Positions 24,861 through 39,632 of a DNA stretch of 64,000 bases are shown in pieces (position 1 is the first letter of the stretch; each line of letters opens with the position of its first letter). Under the pieces are notes generated by a model that did not search any database, was not told the DNA's origin, and saw only the letters and a list, made by a program, of their open reading frames with translations. The position numbers and the translations under genes were made by a program. Origin of the DNA: Octopus vulgaris (taxonomy: Eukaryota); assembly GCA_951406725.2 (NCBI GenBank), contig OX597818.1, positions 108,624,001 through 108,688,000 on the forward strand, written 5' to 3'.

Positions 24861-25578
24861 TGTGGGGTGGTGATTGCAAGTTTCTCTTAGTTTCTCATAC
24901 AGCAAATCCAAGAATCTCTTGGAAGCATTGCTGACAGTTATGTAAATAATGTAGTAAGGATGCTGACAAGTAAATGCTTTCAAAACATGGAGAAAGATTC
25001 GAGTTTTTTGGGGGGTTTTTTGTGGACTGAGAGGCTGGTTTATTAGAGACCCACTCCACAACGTCCATTCTCTCTTTTTTTTTTATTGGACCAGGGGGAG
25101 GTAGTGAGATTATAGAGCTTTGCTTTGGTGAGAGTAACTAATATAAATGTTGTCCTATTGGTAGAGTTTTATAAACAGCAACAAGATGAGGCACAGTAAC
25201 ATACACCCAAGACACTTCATCAACCAAATGCTGCAAGCTTGTGTGTATATGGAGAAAGCAGTGGTTTTTTCTGAGATGTTTCTTAATGCTGAACATTTTA
25301 TTAAAATGATGTTTATCTCCTTTACAGGGTTATCTGAAACAACAAGAATAAAACCATCCAAAAGAAGGCCTTGACAATTTGAAGACTGATTCTTTTGGCT
25401 TCACTTTCAATACTGTAATCCTCACATCTCCTCCAACCACCACTCCTGATCAATAAAGCATATCGATATCATCAATCAGGTAGGTGGTTTTTTTTCTTAC
25501 TTTTTTTTAATATTTCTTACCTTTTTTTAATGAATCTCTTAATGTTTTTCTCATGCTACACCAATTATAGACATAATA

Positions 25579-25743
25579 GGCGCAGGAGTGGCTGTGTGGT
25601 AAGTAGTTTGTTTACCAGCCACATGGTTCCGGGTTCAGTCCCACTGCGTGGCACCTTGGGCAAGTGTCTTCTACTATAGCCCCGGGCTGACCAAAGCTTT
25701 GTGAGTGCATTTGGTAGACGGAAACTGAAAGAAGCCCGTCGTA

Positions 25744-25783
<40 letters not shown>

Positions 25784-26010
25784 TGCGTGTGTGTGTTTGT
25801 GTGAGTGTGTTTGTCCTCCTAGCATTGCTTGACAACCGATGCTGGTGTGTTTATGTTCCCGTTACTTAGCAGTTCGGCAAAAGAGACCGATAGAATAAGT
25901 ACTGGGCTTACAAAAGAATAAGTCCTGGGGTCAAGTTGCTCGATTAAAGGCGGTGCTCCAGCATGGCCGCAGTCAAATGACTGAAACAAGTAAAAGAGAG
26001 AGTAAAGAGT
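25579..26010 (+). mobile_element. SINE family 1, full length, low divergence
   Basis: GGCGCAGGAGTGGCTGTGTGGTAAG head, GGTTCAGTCCC B-box-like motif, internal (TA)n(TG)n, tail hairpin CAGTC-AAAT-GACTG. Confidence 0.9.
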
Positions 26011-28926
26011 ATAAATTGAAATATACCTGTAACTCCATAAACATAAGTTGATTACAGATAAGTACAAAGTAACTAAAACCTGATATAATTAAAACTTAGG
26101 TCCACCTAGGTTGTGTCAGAGCCAATCCATATCTTTTTCATTCCTTTCATGCGCCAAAGGTTGCCATTGAAGTTTGGACAAAGTAAAAAAGCTCTGAGTG
26201 AATTTCTTTTAAGGTATTCACATCATATTAATGAATTGTTCGTTAGCAGAGTCTGTTGTTCTATTCTAAATTTACTTTCATGAGCAACTCAACTTTACAT
26301 CTACTTATATCTTGCTCCCCCACTGCTAACCTGCATGGTTCTAAATCTTATGACATTGTTCTGAAGGGTCCTCATTTGGGGTCAGTGAATGTCCACTGTT
26401 ATTCACTCTTCTTTAGGACCTCCTTTCTGTTTTTATTCTTGACACTCTCTCCAACAGTTTGTCCTCTTAATCCTCCGTTTCCTCTTCTCACATGACAAGC
26501 TGTGATGCACCTAACTTCTATTGTAGTGGGACAGGGTGTCTAGTCAATAGCTGCTAAGACTGGGTACAAGGTGTCCTACTCTACCATCTCCAGAACTGTG
26601 ATGAATTGGGCCTGCTTTTGCTGGTCTCCACAGCCTTCTCTTCTACACTTCTCCAGAGTAAATGCCCACAAAAGCTATAATAACTGAGATTCTCTCCGTC
26701 CATCCTTTGTCTCTTCACGCTTTCTTAATTGAGTATACAACGGAGATGGATTTTTCATTATATCATGTTTTAATTAACTTTGTAGTACTCAGGGCCATAA
26801 AGACTTGTCTGTCATGAATCCCCTTCCCAACCACATATCTCCTCTCCTTACCTCTGCTCTGCATTCATCATACATTGTGATATGAAGGTGATAACAAACC
26901 AGGAATCAACTCTATAGCTGATGCCCTTCACCGTCCATCACTTAAGTCTCTTTGATCCAAGAACTGGAGCACAAAGGTATGTGTGACTATGTCTTTTCAT
27001 TGTGTCCTTGATGCAGAACAGCGGGTAAACAATCCTATTGGTGTTACTGCTTTGGCTTGTGACTACTTCTCGCCACACATTAGACAGGACCACTTACTGT
27101 CGTTCATTTTGAGGGCAACTGAAATATTCCATCATTTGATCATGAACAAATATATGGCCTTTTTTTTTGCAATATTTTGTGGATATACTCCTCTGGCAGA
27201 GATGCTTTTCCTTGAGTTATATTGGGCCTTTTGGTTGCAAATGCCAAAACAGGTATAACTGCTTTTTTCAAAAATGGTTTATTTATAATTTCATTAGGCA
27301 TGTGTATACAAATGTAACACACACACACACACAACAGAAAAAAAGACTTTAAAACACCACCAGAAACAAACCAAAACTCCATAAAAAAGCAAAAGTATTA
27401 CTGTGTACTAATATAGGTCTACATCACAAAAACACACCTGCTTCATACACCTGAGCAACATGGAAGTACACCCTGGGGATCCAAGACAAACTCACATAAA
27501 CAGTTTGAAAATAACAATAGTAATTTTTTACTTTAGGGGAGGTGGCAAGTCAGTTTACATTGATTCCAGAACACAGCTGGTACTTAACTTATCAACCCTG
27601 ATAGGATGAAAGGCAGTCTCAGTGGAATTTGAACTCTGAGCATAAAGCCAGAAGAATTGATGCTAAACATTTTGTCCAACACAACAATGATTCTGTCCAG
27701 TTCACAGTACTTCTTTTATCAATCCTGAAAGGAAAAGTCAACCTTGGCAGAATTTGAACTCAGAACATAAAGATGGATGAAATGCCACTAAGAATAACAT
27801 TTCTGCCAGCTCACTGCTTTCCTCTTATGTAATAATGGAACTTCTTTGCCTGACAATGCAATATGTGCCATAAGCTATTGGTTTATCATGGGAAGCACTG
27901 AAGACTTAAGAAGTCTTTGACTGTGAACTCCTCTCATTCCTTTGTAAGCAATTAACCAAAAAACAAAATTAATGGTACAAATTTTTTCAAATTTTTTAAA
28001 TAGTGGAGATGTAATTGTATCAATCATGAAATTCCCAGAGGCAAGCATTGTTTAAGTTAAGTTATACGGTTCTAATTGTAAAGACATACATTCAGTTTGC
28101 TAATAGCTAATTTTGTTTTGTATGTTTTCCATTCTCAATGGCACACAACTTCCAGACTTTCACAATCTCAAAACCAAATATCAACAGATGATAAATTCTA
28201 TTCCAATCTTTGAACTGGACTTGTGTTCATTGTTGAGTGTGTGTGTGCGTTTTGTGAAACCATTTATGATATGAAGAAGTCTGAGTAGAATCTAGATTTT
28301 ATTAATGTTAGTTCCTGTATTGTTTTGGCGAGTTTTTTGTTGGTTTTTCTTTCTTTCTTTTTTTTTTGTATTCAGGAATCTCTTTCTCTGTTGCTTTTAA
28401 TATCTGAGATCTTAATTTCCATTCTTAGTCACCGTTTGTTCTTGTTTTGTTTCTTTGTTTTATGGATGACTTAGTACAATCTTATACAATACACTGCAAT
28501 TCCACAGAATTTAATATGAAACAATGTAATAGAAGACAATAAAGAATTATTATTCTCTGAAATTCAAGACACAAAGTAAAACGGTAAAAATAAATGAAAT
28601 ATCTGATGAGGTTTGTAGGGTGAAGTCAATCTTGAAGGAAGGCAACCAAACGAGGTGGGATGACCACCATGTTTGAACAATTACAAATGAAAATAATCTT
28701 GAGAAATAAAAATGGCGAAATGTTATAAAACACAGCAAAGAAAATTTGCCATTAGTTGCCGTATCATTTAAAACAATAATCTATTATTTCACTCATTTCT
28801 ACAAATACATAAATCACACACATACATTTGTGTGTGTGTGTACAGATAAGTATATATAGGTATGTATGTTATATTATCAAATACAGTGTATGTTATGTAT
28901 ACTATGCAATATTATAGTGTGTGTAT

Positions 28927-29480
<554 letters not shown>

Positions 29481-30086
29481 AGTTTCTCTTTGAAAGCACA
29501 TATGTCACTTGTACTTTGCTTAGTAATGTACTAATATTAATAAGTTACATATTAATGAGTACTTAACATTTACTTTTAGACGTAAGCAGAATAAGTCTTT
29601 TGATTGGAAAACAAAGTGAATTTTGATCGAAATCCAATTTGTAACTGGCAAATGTTTCTCTCCCATCGGTGGTTACTGAATATTCGCTGACAATGAAATC
29701 TGTTTCCATAAACTGACTCTAGGATATCACTTAATATATTACTATACGACATTATTTTCTCTTATGTAAAACAGTAAAAAAATAAAGAGATAGATGTAAG
29801 AATAGTCAGACCTAAAAACTAATAGAAAAAGAGAAAACTTGCATGCACCATATATACACACACCATATATACACACTTTATATATACACTCCATATATAT
29901 ATATATATATACATACATACACACACACACACACATATTCAGTGTTTTCAATAAGCAAGATAGCTTTTAACGTGATGTTGAAATGCTGAATAATTTATCA
30001 GATATCTAGTTTATGCACACACACACACACCTGTTACACATGTATTTATTTATGTGTGTGTATATATATATATATATATACATACA

Positions 30087-30128
<42 letters not shown>

Positions 30129-30429
30129 TACGCTATACATATATATATATATGTAGTGTATATACATATGTACAGTGTGTGTGTGTGCAAGCATACATTA
30201 AGATATATAAAATTGTTTAGGTATCAGCATTATCGTTTGACATCTGTTTTCCATGCTGGCATGGGTTGGACGGTTTGACAGGAGCTTGCAAGCCAGAGGA
30301 CTGCTCTGTTGTTTGCCTTGGCATAGTCTCTATGCCTTGATGCCCTTCCTAATGCCAAACACTTTACTGAGTACATTGGGTGCTTTTATGTGGCACCAGA
30401 ACACACACACTCACACACACACACACGAA

Positions 30430-32290
30430 GACAGAGAGCAAAGCAAATACAAAAAACAGCAAAAGTCCAAGGAAGAGTCTCAGTTGTTGTTATTCAGTTG
30501 ATGCTCAAGAAGGGAGAAATCTGTAGAGTAGAAGTATATTTCAAACATGGTCCTTCGTCAGGTCCTAAAGAAAAGTCCAGGAAAAACTGGGAAGAAAGGA
30601 ACGGAGATGAAAGAAAGGAAAGAGTAAAGAAAAAGCTGCACTTTGGTTCCCATGTTTGGCCTCTGATAAGCTGGAAGTGTGAGAGGTGTTTGTGGTGTTA
30701 ATGCTGCCTGCTGGTGAATTTACAATATCTATTTCTAGTGTTATGTTTCTCTTTATTAATATATCTAAGAGGGTGGGGTTGTCATCACTGAATGACTTTG
30801 GGAATTGAATATGAGAGTGTGTTATTGAAATTTTGCAATTGGTTCAGTTTACCAAAATTTTCCCTCCATAAGTGGAAACAATTATCTTGCAATCTCTTCC
30901 AGTTATCTTTCAAAGAATTTGTTTCCAAAGCTGAATTTGTCTTCAAAGATTTTTTAGAATTATTCATAAATCTTCATTCATAGTATCTCATAATTAAATC
31001 GGTATATGTTGGAGCAAGTTTGGATTCCATAGCCATTCTTGACTTTTATTGGGCATCTGTGTTCCCAAGCATAAAATGTTTCTATTTCAAAAGGGGCCAT
31101 CCACAAGCTGCTTATTGATACATCCTGGTATAAGTAAATGAACATAATCAGTATTTGATAAGTTTTGATTCCATAACTGTGAGGAATGTTGCTATATTTA
31201 GGTTCATAGTATCAAATGGAACAATATAGGTATTTTTGTTTCTGTATTAGCAAAAGACTTGAGTTTCCGAAGAAAATTTCGTTAAAGCTCCTTATTGCTT
31301 GAAGTAAGACTTCAGCAGAAAGTCTAGGAAGTTACTTCAGCAGTATTTTTTGCCATACAAACCTGTATTTCGATTTCACGTCTATTGATGAGTTCACACA
31401 GCTGCTCTTTGCCCTTTCGCATCATCATCATCATGATCATCATGATCTGGCAAAGTTTCTACAGCTGGATGCCCTTCCTAATGCCAACCACTCTGAGAGT
31501 GTAGTGGGTACTTTAGCGTGCCACTGGCATGAGGGCTAGTCAGGTGTTTCTGGCAACGACCACGCACAAAAGGTGTTTTTCACGTACCGCTGGCACATGT
31601 GCCAGTAAGGCAATGCTGGCAATGATCCTGCTCAAACAGTGCTTTTCACATGTCACCACATGGGAGCCAGTCTGTGGCACTGGGAACGATCAAGCTCGGA
31701 TGTTCTTTTAACGTTCCACTGGCACGAGTGCCAATCAAGCTTCATGTATCTGGATAGTCCAGAGAAGTTGTTTGATCTCTGTTTGGAGTTTGTATGGCAA
31801 TCCAGTTCTTTTTCAGTGAAAGAATTTCAGTTCATGTGTACCAAAGTGGTGAGTAGTTTTATGATTTTGACAGGTCTGTAATTTATGGTTTCTTCATAAT
31901 AAATATTGTCTTGTAGCGTATTTAATACAATATTCATGTGATATTCTGTATCCATAATAACAACCAAATCACTTTTGTTGGCTTCTTTAATAATTACATT
32001 TTTGTCAAGTTTAAAATCTGTCAGATGGTTCCATTGTAGTCTGCTAAGGATGGAGTTTATTTGCTTTGTTTTCAGTTTTTTCTTTTGGGAAGTTTGAAAT
32101 ATATTCATGGAATTCATCAAAAGTTGTATTTTTGCTTCCTTTTAGGATATATCTTGTTTTTGTTTTTCATTACTTTCATCTTCGTTACTGCCTCCAAACA
32201 AACTATTCTGCTAATCTGTTTTCTGCAGAATTCTATATGCGTGGTTTTATGTAAACTTATAAAAATTTGAACATTAAATTGTAAGACAAC
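30430..32290 (-). mobile_element. Penelope-like element (RT relic plus pseudo-LTR), interrupted by an RTE tail at ~31420-31735
   Basis: KLDKNVIIKEANKSDLVVIMD (IK.ADK motif), MAMESKLAPTYTDLIM (G.AMG...AP.YANL), WKRLQDNCFHLW (RY.DD). Hammerhead-like motif at 30531-30565. Confidence 0.85.
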
Positions 32291-32314
32291 CCTATATTTT
32301 ACAGAAGATTCAGC

Positions 32315-35300
32315 ACCATCCTGCTTGATGTAACAGTGTCATTTATCTCTGTATATGCTCCACATGTCAGGTTCACAGATATTCAGGAGGACCCTTTCCG
32401 TGGACCTTCCAGCACACCACCTCGACAACAATAGACAATGATGTTCTCATTATGGCAAGGGACCTAAATGGCTATGTTGGGAAACATTCTGATGGTTTTC
32501 ATAACATGCACAGAGACTTCAGCTTTGGCTCCAGAAATGAGGATGGAACAAGGCTGCAGGAGTTCTGTGATGCAAATGGCTTAATAGCTTGTAGCACCAA
32601 CTTCAGGAAACCTGCCAGGCACCTGATCACTTATCAGTCTGGTGGGCACAGTAGCCAGATTGACTACATCCTCACCAGAAACAGGGACAGGCATATGCTC
32701 ATGAATACAAAGTCTTTCTCAGGTGAAGAATGCACAGCTCAGCATAGGTTAGTGGCTAGCGACTTTGGACTTAGGACTAGAAGGATCCAGAAACAAAACA
32801 GATATGGAAAAGGTGGCTCAGGAAGCTCAAAGATCCTTCAAATGAGCAGAGATTTAGAGATGTCTTGAATGAAGCTTTTGATGAGAAGGAAGTAAGGATG
32901 GAGACATACGACATAGCAGACAAGTGGACATTCTTATGAAACAATCTAGTGAGGGTGACAGGCCGAATCTATGGTTGGAGCAAAGCTGCTGCCAGACCAA
33001 GGGTGACATGGTGGTGGAACATGAAGGTGGACAGGGCTACAAAAGAGAAGAGATGGGCCCTGGAAGAGTGGGGTGGCCAGATAGCAAAAAGAGAAGTTAG
33101 GCATCAGGTATATCTAGCTTGGGCAGGAGCAGAGAGGAAGAGGTTTGCCAAAGTCTTATAGCATGAAGATCAGAGACTTGAGATGTTCTGGATTGCCAGA
33201 CAGTGTGTTAGAGAGAATCGAGATGTTTTGGGGGAGAAGTGTGTACAGAGAGATAATGGTTTGCTTGCTCTCAGTGATCCTGAAAAGAAAGAGGTATGGA
33301 AGAGCTATTATAAAGAAAGAAAAAACTATCAAATGTGGAGAATGAATGGAAGAAAGGAAGTCTGCCTCATGTGAACCCAAGAGAGGAACCAGCTATCTTA
33401 GTTGACAGCAGCATGGTAGATGAAGCAATTAGAGATATGAAAACAAGACCCCTCATCTATCAGGAGTCACTGCCATGATGCTCCAGATATCTGGCAGGGC
33501 TGGGTACCCTCTAGTCACTTGTATAGTTTATCAGGTTATTCAGGAAAGCATAATACCTAGTGACTGGTGCAGCAGCATCATAGTCAGCTGCTACAAAGGC
33601 AAGGGAGATGCCTTATCATCATCATCATTTAACGTCCACTTTCCATTCTGGCATGGGTTAGACAGTTTGACTGGAACTAGTAGGCCAGGGAGCTGCACCA
33701 CGTTTCAGTCTGATTTGGTATGGTTTCTATGGCTGGATGCCCTTCCTAATGCCAACCACTCCAAGAATGTAATGGGTGCTTTTTATGTGCCACTAGCACA
33801 GGTGCCATTTTCATGACACTGACAACAGCCACGACTATGGTTTCACTTGGTTTGACGAAGAAGTAATTAAAGGGGCATCAAATTACTAGACCAGGTAATG
33901 AAAGTTGTGGAAAGAGATACAGCTCAATTAATTAAGAACAAAATGAGACTGGATGAAATGCAGTTTGGCTTTGTCTTGGAAAGAAGCAGCACAGATGCTA
34001 CTTTCATAGTCAGGCAACTGCAAGAGAAGTATTTAGCTAAGAACAAGCCATTGTACTTGGCATTTGTTGAAAATCTTTCAACAGAGGGCCTTGGTCTCTG
34101 AGGAAGCTAGCGATAGATGAAAGAAGTAGAGGCCATGTACAGGGGTGCTGTTAGTGAGGTGAGAGTTGACCATGGGTACAGTGATGAATTTAGTGTACAG
34201 GTAGGTGACCACTAAGGGTCAGTCCTTAATCCCATCCAATTCATCATTGTCCTCCAGGACATAACAGAGTAATTTAAGACTGGAATTCCTTGGGAACTCC
34301 TATATGTTGATTATTGTGTATTCATAGTAGAATCTCAAATAGGATTAGAAAAAAAATTGCAGGTGTGGAAACAGAACCTGGAATCAAAGGATCTTAAAGT
34401 AAACTTAGCAAAGACCAAGGTCCTAGTAAGCAAGAAATTGGACAGAACCCTTCACCCTTCTGGTAAATGGCCCTGCTCGATATACAGGAAGGGTTTAGGT
34501 AGAAATTCCATTTGGTGTACCCAGTGCAAGCTATGGACACATAAGAAGTCTCATGGAACAGTAGGAAGATTAACAGAGAAAGTAGTGTTTGTATGTGGAA
34601 AATGTCCCAGTGACTCTCTGGAAGTTGTATGTAATTTTTGCCACATAGGTGACCTAATTAGCAGTGGAGGAAGTTGTACAGAAAGTGTAATTGCTAGAAT
34701 AAGAATAAGATGGACAAAAATCAGAGAGCTTTTACTTCTGTTGGCAATCAAAGTCCTCTCTCCCTGAGTTAAGGGGAGATTGTATGAAGCATGTGTGCGA
34801 ACTGTGATGCTGCATGGTAGTGAGATGTGGGCCCTGAAGGCTGGAGAGGAATGAAGCTGGTTTGTTCTGCTGGATGTGTGATGTCAGTGTGCATGTGTAG
34901 CAGAGCCCTGGAGAGAAGTTAGGCATAAGAGGAATTATATGCAGTGTGCAAGAGTGGAGACTGCACTGGTTTGGTCATGTGATGTTGATGGATGGGGACA
35001 GTTGCATAAATTCCAATCACTTAAAGTGGGGGAAAGTTGTGGAAGAGGGAAACCCAGGAAGACTTGGGACCAAGTATTGAAGGTTTATCTTAAAACAGTG
35101 AACCTTACAAAGATGACAGAAGACCAAGATATGTGTGGCATTGCTATACTCAAGATGACCTGCCCACCACAAGAGAATCGAGATCCTTAAACCAAAGTGC
35201 CACATAAAAAGCACTGGTGTGGGTGCTGATGCCATGAAAAAAGCACCCAGAACATTCTGTTGAGTGCTTAGCTTTAGGAAGGGCATCCAGCCAGAGAAAC

Positions 35301-35410
35301 CAAGCCGAAACAGACCCTGGAGCCTGGTATGGCCCCTGGCCTTACCAGCTCTTGTTAGACCATCCAGTCGATGCCAGTATGGAGAAGTATGGACATTAAA
35401 TGATGATGAT
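32315..35410 (+). mobile_element. Near full-length decayed RTE LINE (APE endonuclease, RT, 3' tail)
   Basis: ISVYAP, RDLNGYVG, QIDYIL and QHRLV (APE); YKGKGDAL, QFGF and FIVRQLQEKYL (RT); Cys/His finger; GKPRKTW; (ATG)n tail. An antisense RTE tail is nested at ~33615-33858. Confidence 0.9.
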
Positions 35411-35510
35411 AAACAGCTGTCAGTTTGTGTAGAGATGGACAAGGAGTGATAGATACAATTATATGTGTATATGTGTATACACTCATTTACACACATTTGT
35501 GTATGTGTAT

Positions 35511-35937
35511 TACTCTTTTACTTGTTTCAGTCATTTGACTGCGGCCATGCTGGAGAACCGCCTTTAGTCGAGCAAATCGACCCCGAGACTTATTCTTTGT
35601 AAGCCCAGTACTTATTCTATCGGTCTCTTTTGCTGAACCACTAAGTTACGGGGACGCAAACACACCAGCATCGGTTGTCAAGCAATGCTAGGGGGACAAA
35701 CACAGACACACAAACACACACATACATATATATATATACATATATATATATACATATATATATATACATATATACGATGGGCTTCTTTCAGTTTCCGTCT
35801 ACCAAATCCACTCACAAGGCATTGGTCGGCCCGGGGCTATAGCAGAAGACACTTGCCCAAGATGCCACGCAGTGGGACTGAACCCGGTATCATGTGGTTG
35901 GTTAGCAAGCTACTTACCACACAGCCACTCCTGCGCC
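35511..35937 (-). mobile_element. SINE family 1, full length
   Basis: Reverse complement of 25579-26010. Confidence 0.9.
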
Positions 35938-37162
35938 TGTATATGTATGTATGTAACATCATGTCCAAATTCATTTGAGTATATTAAATATGAGAAGACT
36001 TTTAGCTGAAGGAATAGTGCCAGCTGTGAATTCTCCACCAGATGTGTGTCAAAGCACATTTGCTTTGTGCTGTGAGTTGAATTTGTGGTGCAAGCACCAG
36101 GTTGTGCCCTTAAGCAAGATTGACCTGCTCCATAAATGTTGCACTCAGCCAAAGGTGAGTATTAGCTGAGTACTGACACAGCTCTCCCTTGTGCCAGATG
36201 TCAAGTTCTAGATGTGCCACAGAATCAAAGGGTGGCACAGTGAAAAGAGTTTCTGTGTGTTCATGACTATAATCATGGTGCGTGTCGCCAAGCCATACTT
36301 GTTCGTAGGTCACGACTAACTCTTAGATAAAGATGTAGACATTTAATTAAACACATGTATAGAAATATATTTAATTATAATGTTAATTATATTGTATATT
36401 ATAAATCAAACAACTGAATACTCTCAGTCAGAAATTCTCACCAAAATAGACATTTAATTACAGATATATACTTTTGTGTGTGTGTGTGTGTGTGAAAATA
36501 AAGTTTGTTTACACCAATGCATGAAAAGTCGATTACACCTATGTTTGGAGGGCGACCACTGTTGTTATGTAATGCTAGGGAATTTCAGTGGGTTAACAGA
36601 ACCTACGTAACTGAACTTTTTTCTCAGACTGTTGTTTTCTTCTGAAGAAGAGCCTTTGAGCCTGAAATATAAAATTTTCAATAAACATCCATATTGTCAA
36701 AAGCTGTCTATTTTCTCTCTTTGTACATTCTTCAATATTTCAAGTGAACTACAGTGCACCTATATATATATATATATATATAATGAGAATTTACAGATAC
36801 CTGTGCTTGTCCATGTTGCTGTATATATATAACTTGTTTCAGTCATTGGAGAGCAGCCATGCCAGGACATTGCTTTGAAGCATTTAATCGAATTAATCCA
36901 ACACCAGTCTTTATTTTTAAGCTTAGTACTTATTTTATCAGTTATTTAATATGTTTAATTCCTCCTAAGATAGCTGGTATGGAAAAAATATAGCCCCATA
37001 TTTCCACACTTGCTGTCTCTGAGAAACACATATATTAGATTACCATCCAAATATCTGGTGTGAAACTGATCTGTAAAATTGGCTGTAATGGACCTCTCTA
37101 TTCATAAAGATAGGAGTGCTTATTTCTTTTCTGACTTAGGGCTCCTTACATTATAGTATATA

Positions 37163-37516
37163 GACATGGCTGTGTGGTAGGAAGCTTGCTTCCCAACCAC
37201 ATGGTTCCAGGTTCAGTCCCAGTGCATGGCCTCTTAGGCAAGTGTCTTCTGCTATAGCTTCAGGCCGACCAATGCCTTGTGAATGGATTTGGTAGATGGA
37301 AACTGAAAGAAGCCTGTCATATGTATTTGTGTGTCAGCGTTTCTTCCCCCAACATCACTTAACAACCAATGTTGGTGTGTTTACATCCCAGTAACTTCGT
37401 GGTTCGGCAAAAGAGACCAATAGAATAAGTACTAGGCTTACAAAGAATAAGTCCTAGGGTCAATTTGTTCAACTAAAGGTGGTGCTCCAGCATGGCTGCA
37501 GTCACATGACTGAAAC
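37163..37516 (+). mobile_element. SINE family 1
   Basis: Same head, core and tail. Confidence 0.85.
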
Positions 37517-38392
37517 CATGGGATGGTCATTTTGTTTTGCCAAATAAACACACACTCTCTATATTTGTTCTTCACTTGATTATTACTGTTCTTATTCTTG
37601 TTTTTTAAATTTAACTCTGAAAATGCGACATGTATGATATTATCAAGAGAAATATATAAACATCCTACGAGATACCGGTTTTAACAGAATATATTTTTAT
37701 ACCACGATTTCACGAAATGAATAGAATATTAAAGTTTTATGTTTTAGCATCTGTGACCTCTTTTGTGACACTTTTCGTTTTCGTGGGTGCTCTTGCTCTA
37801 ATTACTCCATTCTCTTCTTCTAAGATGTGTATCCTTGTGTGTGTGTGTGGATGTGTGTATATGCCCTTCCCCTCAGCCCCATTATCTCACCTCATTGTGC
37901 TGCTGCTGTCCTAAGACCTGAAAGTTTGGTACATTTCCTGTATCTCTCTGTGTTTGTGTGTTCACCCTCTGTGTTGCCATCATAGTAGTTGTGGCTATTA
38001 TTGCTATCATTGTCATTGCTACTGCTGTTGTCATTGTTATTCGTATTATTGATATTGTGGCTGTTTGTGTGTGTGTGTATGGGTTTGCTATTATTTATAT
38101 TTTGTCTATCTCTTTTTCTTATATCTATCACAGGTATGTGACAAATATATTTATTTATTTATCTATTTATTTATTTTCATTTTTATTTTTATATATGTAT
38201 CACTATATCTTATACGTATTACAGGTAATGCACATATGTCTATTGTGTGTATATTACTCTGTATGTGTTTCTGGATTTTTAACGATTTTTTCCTCTCCTC
38301 TTGTCATGTGGTGTGGTGGTGGGTGTTACTATTCCATTAACGTTTTCTGTTGAGGCTCTGTGACCTGTCAAAGTGCCGTGGCAAATGTAAAG

Positions 38393-38425
<33 letters not shown>

Positions 38426-38799
38426 GTGTGTGTATACGCGTTTATGAATTTGTGTTGCAAGATCCTTGATGTGAAGTTGTGTCTTGAAAGAGATATTGTT
38501 GTATTTCAGGATGGTCATTTTTTTTTTTGCCAAATAAGCACACCCACTATATATTCATTCAGAATAGAATGCAATAAGCAGAGCAAGAGTGCACACGAAG
38601 AAGGAAAGTGTCACTGAGGAGGTCACAGGTGTGACAAAAGATTTCTGGACAATGGACAGGAGTTAGAATAAAAACAGTTATAAATGAGTGAAGAGCAAAT
38701 ATATAGTGCGTGTGTGTATTTGGCAAAGAAAAAAATGACCATTCCAAAATACAACCATATATTATGTCCAACTTTTCCCTCAGGGTGCTCACCCTCTTG

Positions 38800-39632
38800 T
38801 CAGTGTGCATACATGACAGAGTCTGAGCAGCTTGAAAGAAAAGTTGGAGCATCAAATGTGGCGTGCAAGAGAGATGACTGCACTGGTATGGTCATGTGTT
38901 GCGTATGGATGAGGACAGCTGTGTGAAAATGTGTCACACCCTATCAGTAGAGGGAACCTGTGGAAGAGGTAGACCCAGGAAGAATGAGATGAGGTGATGA
39001 AGCATGACCTTCGAATGTTGGCCCTCACAGAGGCAATGCCAGGAGACCAAGACCTTTGGAGATATGATGTGATTGAGAAGACCTAACAACTAAAGTGAGA
39101 TCGCAGCCATGGCTGATGTCAGTGTTGCATGTCTGGCCCATTTAAATGTGCCCTTGATGTGTTGGGCAATATGATATGCTTGAGAAGACCTGTTTAGTCA
39201 AGTAAAGCACAAATCGTAGCTGTGGCCAGTGCCCCCTGACTGGCTCCCGTTCCAGTGGCACGTAAAATGCATCATCCAAACATGGTTGATGCCTGTGTCC
39301 CCTGACTGGCTCCCAAACAAGTGGCATGTAAAAAGCACCATCTGAATGTAGTTGATGCCAGGTCCATCTGACTAGTTCCCATGCCGGTGGCACTTAAAAA
39401 GCATCATACGAATGTGGCCGGTGCCAGTACCCACCCCAACTGGCTCCTGTGCTGGTGGCATGTAAAAATCACCACTCTCAGAGTGGTTGACATTATGAAG
39501 AGCATCCAGCTGTAGAAACCTTGTCAAATCAGACTGGAACCTGGTGCAGCTCCCTGGCTTACCAGTTTTCAGCTAAGCAATCCAACCTATACCATCATGG
39601 AAAGTGGATATTAAATGATGATGGTGATGATG
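38800..39632 (+). mobile_element. RTE LINE 3' end with complete 3' UTR
   Basis: LHWYGHVLRMDEDS..GRGRPRK, then ~66-bp subrepeats and an (ATG)n tail. Confidence 0.9.

Noticed and set aside
25328-25480. Exon-like segment between tttacag and gtaggt
   Set aside because: It has stops in all three frames and lies just downstream of the Tigger relic; a non-coding exon cannot be excluded.
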